From Auanema rhodensis (taxonomy: Eukaryota; Animalia; Nematoda), in NCBI GenBank assembly GCA_964057225.1, contig OZ059900.1, forward strand, positions 14,942,001 through 15,006,000: a stretch of DNA of 64,000 nucleotides. Reading direction: 5' to 3'. The notes under the pieces are model-generated. The model searched no databases, was not told where the DNA came from, and saw nothing but the letters and a program-made list of their open reading frames with translations. Of the stretch, positions 54,901 to 64,000 are shown in pieces. Numbering within the stretch: the first letter of the stretch is position 1; every line of letters begins with the position of its first letter. Made by a program: the position numbers and the translations under genes.

Positions 54901-57900
54901 AGATAGAACATTTAAATTAAATGGAAGTGTTTAAAAATTTAGAAAAAATCACAAGCTCAAATCACTTTTGAAAAAACAGAAAGTTTAAAACAACCTTTTT
55001 TCTAATAATTATCTTTTTAATTCGACTTTTGGAAGAAAACAAAAATAGCATAACATTCAATAACGATGAATCAGAACAAAAACATTCTCCCCGGCCGGGA
55101 ATTGAACCCGGGTCTCGCATGTGACAGACGCGGATACTCACCACTATACTACCGAGGATTGAATTTGCACTTAGAAACTTTCATTAAGAGTGTGAGTTCG
55201 AATTATAGTAGAAAAATGAAACACTGTCTCTAACATATCTTGATTTATGGCCTACTTTACTCAAAGAGCTAATTGAAGTTTGGTGTTAAAATGAACAATT
55301 GATTAACGCTGACGTTTCAATTTTTTTCATCGTAATTGAGATAGAACATTTAAATTAAATGGAAGTGTTTAAAAATTTAGAAAAAATCACAAGCTCAAAT
55401 CACTTTTGAAAAAACAGAAAGTTTAAAACAACCTTTTTTCTAATAATTATCTTTTTTATCCGACTTTTGTAAAAAAACAAAAATAGCATAACATTCAATA
55501 ACGATGAATCAGAACAAAAACATTCTCCCCGGCCGGGAATTGAACCCGGGTCTCGCATGTGACAGACGCGGATACTCACCACTATACTACCGAGGATTGA
55601 ATTTGCACTTAGAAACTTTCATTAAGAGTGTGAGTTTGAATTATAGTAGAAAAATGAAACACTGTCTCTAACATATCTTGATTTATGGCCTACTTTACTC
55701 AAAGAGCTAATTGAAGTTTGGTGTTAAAATGAACAATTGATTAACGCTGACGTTTCAATTTTTTTCATCGTAATTGAGATAGAACATTTAAATTAAATGG
55801 AAGTGTTTAAAAATTTAGAAAAAATCACAAGCTCAAATCACTTTTGAAAAAACAGAAAGTTTAAAACAACCTTTTTTCTAATAATTATCTTTTTAATTCG
55901 ACTTTTGGAAGAAAACAAAAATAGCATAACATTCAATAACGATGAATCAGAACAAAAACATTCTCCCCGGCCGGGAATTGAACCCGGGTCTCGCATGTGA
56001 CAGACGCGGATACTCACCACTATACTACCGAGGATTGAATTTGCACTTAGAAACTTTCACTAAGAGTGTGAGTTTGAATTATAGTAGAAAAATGAAACAC
56101 TGTCTCTAACATATCTTGATTTATGGCCTACTTTACTCAAAGAGCTAATTGAAGTTTGGTGTTAGAATGAACAATTGATTAACGCTGACGTTTCAATTTT
56201 TTTCATCGTAATTGAGATAGAACATTTAAATTAAATGGAAATGTTTAACGACTTAGAAAAAAAACACAAGCTCAAATCACTTTTGAAAAAACAGAAAGTT
56301 TAAAACAACTTTTTTTCTAATAATTATCTTTTTTATCCGACTTTTGTAAAAAAACAAAAATAGCATAACATTCAATAACGATGAATCAGAACAAAAACAT
56401 TCTCCCCGGCCGGGAATTGAACCCGGGTCTCGCATGTGACAGACGCGGATACTCACCACTATACTACCGAGGATTGAATTTGCACTTAGAAACTTTCACT
56501 AAGAGTGTGAGTTTGAATTATAGTAGAAAAATGAAACACTGTCTCTAACATATCTTGATTTATGGCCTACTTTACTCAAAGAGCTAATTGAAGTTTGGTG
56601 TTAGAATGAACAATTGATTAACGCTGACGTTTCAATTTTTTTCATCGTAATTGAGATAGAACATTTAAATTAAATGGAAATGTTTAACGACTTAGAAAAA
56701 AAACACAAGCTCAAATCACTTTTGAAAAAACAGAAAGTTTAAAACAACTTTTTTTCTAATAATTATCTTTTTTATCCGACTTTTGTAAAAAAACAAAAAT
56801 AGCATAACATTCAATAACGATGAATCAGAACAAAAACATTCTCCCCGGCCGGGAATTGAACCCGGGTCTCGCATGTGACAGACGCGGATACTCACCACTA
56901 TACTACCGAGGATTGAATTTGCACTTAGAAACTTTCATTAAGAGTGTGAGTTTGAATTATAGTAGAAAAATGAAACACTGTCTCTAACATATCTTGATTT
57001 ATGGCCTACTTTACTCAAAGAGCTAATTGAAGTTTGGTGTTAAAATGAACAATTGATTAACGCTGACGTTTCAATTTTTTTCATCGTAATTGAGATAGAA
57101 CATTTAAATTAAATGGAAGTGTTTAAAAATTTAGAAAAAATCACAAGCTCAAATCACTTTTGAAAAAACAGAAAGTTTAAAACAACCTTTTTTCTAATAA
57201 TTATCTTTTTAATTCGACTTTTGGAAGAAAACAAAAATAGTATAACATTCAATAACGATGAATCAGAACAAAAACATTCTCCCCGGCCGGGAATTGAACC
57301 CGGGTCTCGCATGTGACAGACGCGGATACTCACCACTATACTACCGAGGATTGAATTTGCACTTAGAAACTTTCACTAAGAGTGTGAGTTTGAATTATAG
57401 TAGAAAAATGAAACACTGTCTCTAACATATCTTGATTTATGGCCTACTTTACTCAAAGAGCTAATTGAAGTTTGGTGTTAGAATGAACAATTGATTAACG
57501 CTGACGTTTCAATTTTTTTCATCGTAATTGAGATAGAACATTTAAATTAAATGGAAATGTTTAACGACTTAGAAAAAAAACACAAGCTCAAATCACTTTT
57601 GAAAAAACAGAAAGTTTAAAACAACCTTTTTTCTAATAATTATCTTTTTTATCCGACTTTTGGAAGTAAACAAAAATAGCATAACATTCAATAACGATGA
57701 ATCAGAACAAAAACATTCTCCCCGGCCGGGAATTGAACCCGGGTCTCGCATGTGACAGACGCGGATACTCACCACTATACTACCGAGGATTGAATTTGCA
57801 CTTAGAAACTTTCATTAAGAGTGTGAGTTTGAATTATAGTAGAAAAATGAAACACTGTCTCTAACATATCTTGATTTATGGCCTACTTTACTCAAAGAGC

Positions 57901-60900
57901 TAATGGAAGTTTGGTGTTAGAATGAACAATTGATTAACGCTGACGTTTCAATTTTTTTCATCGTACTTGAGATAGAACATTTAAATTAAATGGAAATGTT
58001 TAAAAATTTAGAAAAAATCACAAGCTCAAATCACTTTTGAAAAAACAGAAAGTTTAAAACAACTTTTTTTCTAATAATTATCTTTTTTATCCAACTTTTG
58101 TAAAAAAACAAAAATAGCATAACATTCAATAACGATGAATCAGAACAAAAACATTCTCCCCGGCCGGGAATTGAACCCGGGTCTCGCATGTGACAGACGC
58201 GGATACTCACCACTATACTACCGAGGATTGAATTTGCACTTAGAAACTTTCACTAAGAGTGTGAGTTTGAATTATAGTAGAAAAATGAAACACTGTCTCT
58301 AACATATCTTGATTTATGGCCTACTTTACTCAAAGAGCTAATTGAAGTTTGGTGTTAGAATGAACAATTGATTAACGCTGACGTTTCAATTTTTTTCATC
58401 GTAATTGAGATAGAACATTTAAATTAAATGGAAATGTTTAACGACTTAGAAAAAAAACACAAGCTCAAATCACTTTTGAAAAAACAGAAAGTTTAAAACA
58501 ACCTTTTTTCTAATAATTATCTTTTTTATCCGACTTTTGGAAGAAAACAAAAATAGCATAACATTCAATAACGATGAATCAGAACAAAAACATTCTCCCC
58601 GGCCGGGAATTGAACCCGGGTCTCGCATGTGACAGACGCGGATACTCACCACTATACTACCGAGGATTGAATTTGCACTTAGAAACTTTCATTAAGAGTG
58701 TGAGTTTGAATTATAGTAGAAAAATGAAACACTGTCTCTAACATATCTTGATTTATGGCCTACTTTACTCAAAGAGCTAATGGAAGTTTGGTGTTAGAAT
58801 GAACAATTGATTAACGCTGACGTTTCAATTTTTTTCATCGTACTTGAGATAGAACATTTAAATTAAATGGAAATGTTTAAAAATTTAGAAAAAATCACAA
58901 GCTCAAATCACTTTTGAAAAAACAGAAAGTTTAAAACAACTTTTTTTCTAATAATTATCTTTTTTATCCAACTTTTGTAAAAAAACAAAAATAGCATAAC
59001 ATTCAATAACGATGAATCAGAACAAAAACATTCTCCCCGGCCGGGAATTGAACCCGGGTCTCGCATGTGACAGACGCGGATACTCACCACTATACTACCG
59101 AGGATTGAATTTGCACTTAGAAACTTTCACTAAGAGTGTGAGTTTGAATTATAGTAGAAAAATGAAACACTGTCTCTAACATATCTTGATTTATGGCCTA
59201 CTTTACTCAAAGAGCTAATTGAAGTTTGGTGTTAGAATGAACAATTGATTAACGCTGACGTTTCAATTTTTTTCATCGTAATTGAGATAGAACATTTAAA
59301 TTAAATGGAAATGTTTAACGACTTAGAAAAAAAACACAAGCTCAAATCACTTTTGAAAAAACAGAAAGTTTAAAACAACCTTTTTTCTAATAATTATCTT
59401 TTTTATCCGACTTTTGGAAGAAAACAAAAATAGCATAACATTCAATAACGATGAATCAGAACAAAAACATTCTCCCCGGCCGGGAATTGAACCCGGGTCT
59501 CGCATGTGACAGACGCGGATACTCACCACTATACTACCGAGGATTGAATTTGCACTTAGAAACTTTCATTAAGAGTGTGAGTTTGAATTATAGTAGAAAA
59601 ATGAAACACTGTCTCTAACATATCTTGATTTATGGCCTACTTTACTCAAAGAGCTAATGGAAGTTTGGTGTTAGAATGAACAATTGATTAACGCTGACGT
59701 TTCAATTTTTTTCATCGTACTTGAGATAGAACATTTAAATTAAATGGAAATGTTTAAAAATTTAGAAAAAATCACAAGCTCAAATCACTTTTGAAAAAAC
59801 AGAAAGTTTAAAACAACTTTTTTTCTAATAATTATCTTTTTTATCCAACTTTTGTAAAAAAACAAAAATAGCATAACATTCAATAACGATGAATCAGAAC
59901 AAAAACATTCTCCCCGGCCGGGAATTGAACCCGGGTCTCGCATGTGACAGACGCGGATACTCACCACTATACTACCGAGGATTGAATTTGCACTTAGAAA
60001 CTTTCATTAAGAGTGTGAGTTTGAATTATAGTAGAAAAATGAAACACTGTCTCTAACATATCTTGATTTATGGCCTACTTTACTCAAAGAGCTAATTGAA
60101 GTTTGGTGTTAAAATGAACAATTGATTAACGCTGACGTTTCAATTTTTTTCATCGTAATTGAGATAGAACATTTAAATTAAATGGAAGTGTTTAAAAATT
60201 TAGAAAAAATCACAAGCTCAAATCACTTTTGAAAAAACAGAAAGTTTAAAACAACCTTTTTTCTAATAATTATCTTTTTAATTCGACTTTTGGAAGAAAA
60301 CAAAAATAGCATAACATTCAATAACGATGAATCAGAACAAAAACATTCTCCCCGGCCGGGAATTGAACCCGGGTCTCGCATGTGACAGACGCGGATACTC
60401 ACCACTATACTACCGAGGATTGAATTTGCACTTAGAAACTTTCACTAAGAGTGTGAGTTTGAATTATAGTAGAAAAATGAAACACTGTCTCTAACATATC
60501 TTGATTTATGGCCTACTTTACTCAAAGAGCTAATTGAAGTTTGGTGTTAGAATGAACAATTGATTAACGCTGACGTTTCAATTTTTTTCATCGTAATTGA
60601 GATAGAACATTTAAATTAAATGGAAATGTTTAACGACTTAGAAAAAAAACACAAGCTCAAATCACTTTTGAAAAAACAGAAAGTTTAAAACAACCTTTTT
60701 TCTAATAATTATCTTTTTTATCCGACTTTTGGAAGAAAACAAAAATAGCATAACATTCAATAACGATGAATCAGAACAAAAACATTCTCCCCGGCCGGGA
60801 ATTGAACCCGGGTCTCGCATGTGACAGACGCGGATACTCACCACTATACTACCGAGGATTGAATTTGCACTTAGAAACTTTCATTAAGAGTGTGAGTTTG

Positions 60901-63414
60901 AATTATAGTAGAAAAATGAAACACTGTCTCTAACATAGCTTGATTTATGGCCTACTTTACTCAAAGAGCTAATGGAAGTTTGGTGTTAGAATGAACAATT
61001 GATTAACGCTGACGTTTCAATTTTTTTCATCGTACTTGAGATAGAACATTTAAATTAAATGGAAATGTTTAAAAATTTAGAAAAAATCACAAGCTCAAAT
61101 CACTTTTGAAAAAACAGAAAGTTTAAAACAACTTTTTTTCTAATAATTATCTTTTTTATCCGACTTTTGTAAAAAAACAAAAATAGCATAACATTCAATA
61201 ACGATGAATCAGAACAAAAACATTCTCCCCGGCCGGGAATTGAACCCGGGTCTCGCATGTGACAGACGCGGATACTCACCACTATACTACCGAGGATTGA
61301 ATTTGCACTTAGAAACTTTCTTTAAGAGTGTGAGTTTGAATTATAGTAGAAAAATGAAACACTGTCTCTAACATATCTTGATTTATGGCCTACTTTACTC
61401 AAAGAGCTAATTGAAGTTTGGTGTTAAAATGAACAATTGATTAACGCTGACGTTTCAATTTTTTTCATCGTACTTGAGATAGAACATTTAAATTAAATGG
61501 AAGTGTTTAAAAATTTAGAAAAAATCACAAGCTCAAATCACTTTTGAAAAAACAGAAAGTTTAAAACAACTTTTTTTCTAATAATTATCTTTTTTATCCA
61601 ACTTTTGTAAAAAAACAAAAATAGCATAACACTCAATAACGATGAATCAGAACAAAAACATTCTCCCCGGCCGGGAATTGAACCCGGGTCTCGCATGTGA
61701 CAGACGCGGATACTCACCACTATACTACCGAGGATTGAATTTGCACTTAGAAACTTTCATTAAGAGTGTGAGTTTGAATTATAGTAGAAAAATGAAACAC
61801 TGTCTCTAACATATCTTGATTTATGGCCTACTTTACTCAAAGAGCTAATTGAAGTTTGGTGTTAGAATGAACAATTGATTAACGCTGACGTTTCAATTTT
61901 TTTCATCGTAATTGAGATAGAACATTTAAATTAAATGGAAATGTTTAAAAATTTAGAAAAAATCACAAGCTCAAATCACTTTTGAAAAAACAGAAAGTTT
62001 AAAACAACCTTTTTTCTAATAATTATCTTTTTTATCCGACTTTTGTAAAAAAACAAAAATAGCATAACATTCAATAACGATGAATCAGAACAAAAACATT
62101 CTCCCCGGCCGGGAATTGAACCCGGGTCTCGCATGTGACAGACGCGGATACTCACCACTATACTACCGAGGATTGAATTTGCACTTAGAAACTTTCACTA
62201 AGAGTGTGAGTTTGAATTATAGTAGAAAAATGAAACACTGTCTCTAACATATCTTGATTTATGGCCTACTTTACTCAAAGAGCTAATTGAAGTTTGGTGT
62301 TAGAATGAACAATTGATTAACGCTGACGTTTCAATTTTTTTCATCGTAATTGAGATAGAACATTTAAATTAAATGGAAATGTTTAACGACTTAGAAAAAA
62401 AACACAAGCTCAAATCACTTTTGAAAAAACAGAAAGTTTAAAACAACCTTTTTTCTAATAATTATCTTTTTTATCCGACTTTTGGAAGAAAAAAAAATAG
62501 CATAACATTCAATAACGATGAATCAGAACAAAAACATTCTCCCCGGCCGGGAATTGAACCCGGGTCTCGCATGTGACAGACGCGGATACTCACCACTATA
62601 CTACCGAGGATTGAATTTGCACTTAGAAACTTTCATTAAGAGTGTGAGTTTGAATTATAGTAGAAAAATGAAACACTGTCTCTAACATATCTTGATTTAT
62701 GGCCTACTTTACTCAAAGAGCTAATGGAAGTTTGGTGTTAGAATGAACAATTGATTAACGCTGACGTTTCAATTTTTTTCATCGTACTTGAGATAGAACA
62801 TTTAAATTAAATGGAAATGTTTAAAAATTTAGAAAAAATCACAAGCTCAAATCACTTTTGAAAAAACAGAAAGTTTAAAACAACTTTTTTTCTAATAATT
62901 ATCTTTTTTATCCGACTTTTGTAAAAAAACAAAAATAGCATAACATTCAATAACGATGAATCAGAACAAAAACATTCTCCCCGGCCGGGAATTGAACCCG
63001 GGTCTCGCATGTGACAGACGCGGATACTCACCACTATACTACCGAGGATTGAATTTGCACTTAGAAACTTTCTTTAAGAGTGTGAGTTTGAATTATAGTA
63101 GAAAAATGAAACACTGTCTCTAACATATCTTGATTTATGGCCTACTTTACTCAAAGAGCTAATTGAAGTTTGGTGTTAAAATGAACAATTGATTAACGCT
63201 GACGTTTCAATTTTTTTCATCGTAATTGAGATAGAACATTTAAATTAAATGGAAATGTTTAAAAATTTAGAAAAAATCACAAGCTCAAATCACTTTTGAA
63301 AAAACAGAAAGTTTAAAACAACCTTTTTTCTAATAATTATCTTTTTAATTCGACTTTTGGAAGAAAACAAAAATAGCATAACATTCAATAACGATGAATC
63401 AGAACAAAAACATT

Positions 63415-63486
63415 CTCCCCGGCCGGGAATTGAACCCGGGTCTCGCATGTGACAGACGCGGATACTCACCACTATACTACCGAGGA
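63415..63486 (-). tRNA. tRNA-Asp(GTC), consensus; last complete copy, with element B upstream
   Basis: Intact cloverleaf. Confidence 0.96.
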
Positions 63487-63549
63487 TTGAATTTGCACTT
63501 AGAAACTTTCATTAAGAGTGTGAGTTTGAATTATAGTAGAAAAATGAAA

Positions 63550-63849
63550 TGTCGCTTTGGCGAAGGTATTCGGTTGTCGGTATTCCGCTGAGAATTAATA
63601 GAACAGATAGTCAGTGGTAGAATGCTTTATTAAAGAGAAAGTTAACAATATCAACAAAATATAGATCGTCTATACTCCGTTGAAGTAAGTTGAGGTATAT
63701 CGTATTTTCCGATCCCAAAGATGAAGATATGGGAAGGCGGGCCGAAAAGTACAATCTGAAATAGACAAAGTAAAGGAAAACGATAAAAACAAAACTGAAA
63801 TGGAACAAAACATAGAAAAAAGAATAAAAAATAATCGCTAACCGCGACA
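63550..63849. mobile_element. 300-bp solo-LTR-like element B (TSD TGAAA at 63545-63549 and 63850-63854)
   Basis: Absent from all other units. Perfect 6-bp inverted ends TGTCGC...GCGACA and an exact 5-bp duplication of spacer sequence; the normal unit resumes (cactgtctct...) afterwards. AATAAA occurs on the minus strand at 63626-63631. Confidence 0.85.
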
Positions 63850-64000
63850 TGAAACACTGTCTCTAACATATCTTGATTTATGGCCTACTTTACTCAAAGA
63901 GCTAATTGAAGTTTGGTGTTAGAATGAACAATTGATTAACGCTGACGTTTCAATTTTTTTCATCGTAATTGAGATAGAACATTCAAATTAAATAGAAATG

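Larger units (their letters stand above)
1..63486 (-). tRNA. Cluster of 143 complete + 1 partial tRNA-Asp(GTC) genes, one per unit. For each MVSIRVCH-type minus-strand ORF, the gene runs from (upper ORF coordinate - 57) to (upper ORF coordinate + 14).
   Basis: The minus strand reads TCCTCGGTAGTATAGTGGTGAGTATCCGCGTCTGTCACATGCGAGACCCGGGTTCAATTCCCGGCCGGGGAG. Acceptor stem TCCTCGG/CCGGGGA; anticodon stem CGCGT/ATGCG with loop CT-GTC-AC; T arm CCGGG-TTCAATT-CCCGG; discriminator G73. There is no intron and no encoded CCA. Copy number comes from spacing arithmetic (142 intervals between 489 and 63486). Confidence 0.97.
1..64000 (-). repeat. Tandem array of a 438-bp tRNA-Asp-containing unit (about 145 units; continues beyond both window ends)
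   Basis: Near-identical sequence recurs every 438 bp, matching the ORF-track period (293, 731, 1169...). Exceptions are 598-bp units (+160-bp insertion, x5), 437-bp units (1-bp deletion in the tRNA, x6), 439-bp units (+1 A in the spacer, x7) and a final unit with a 305-bp insertion. Confidence 0.99.

Noticed and set aside
293-63472. About 135 copies of the 60-75 aa minus-strand ORF MVSIRVCHMRDPGSIPGRGE...
   Set aside because: It is a translation through the tRNA gene and its T-rich trailer. The start is a GTG in the D loop, the composition is low-complexity, and stops and frameshifts occur freely among copies.
63756-63801. Two minus-strand TTTCAG motifs (nematode 3' splice / trans-splice acceptor consensus) in element B
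   Set aside because: They are plausible by chance in a T-rich strand and cannot be supported without transcript data.
63611-63869. Two hydrophobic minus-strand ORFs (79 and 72 aa) in element B
   Set aside because: The F/L/Y richness reflects the T-rich strand, both ORFs start in flanking spacer or TSD sequence, and neither has gag/pol motifs.
1-64000. CRISPR-like or SINE interpretation of the repeat
   Set aside because: The spacers are near-identical rather than unique and there are no cas genes. The tRNA is full-length and intact with its own terminator, with no SINE body, tail or per-copy TSD.

Overview
The whole window is one head-to-tail tandem array of a 438-bp unit. Each unit carries a single 72-nt eukaryotic tRNA-Asp(GTC) gene on the minus strand, followed by a T5 RNA polymerase III terminator. 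There are 143 complete copies plus one partial copy, and the array runs off both ends of the window. From memory, the tRNA sequence matches the nematode (Caenorhabditis-type) tRNA-Asp(GTC), so the host is probably a nematode. No protein-coding gene is supported: the ORF track consists of translations of the repeat. The only non-repeat DNA is two different TG...CA-bounded elements with 5-bp target-site duplications (TSDs), which look like solo LTRs. One is 155 bp and present in 5 apparently identical copies; the other is 300 bp and present once. Their interiors look unrelated, but they share one terminus (15/18 nt). They inserted independently, in the same orientation, 6 bp apart, 59-69 bp upstream of the tRNA. 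This suggests a tRNA-gene-targeting LTR retroelement lineage in an animal. The array also shows nested higher-order repeats, two interleaved spacer haplotypes, and about 23 tRNA copies with mutations, several of them probably inactivating.
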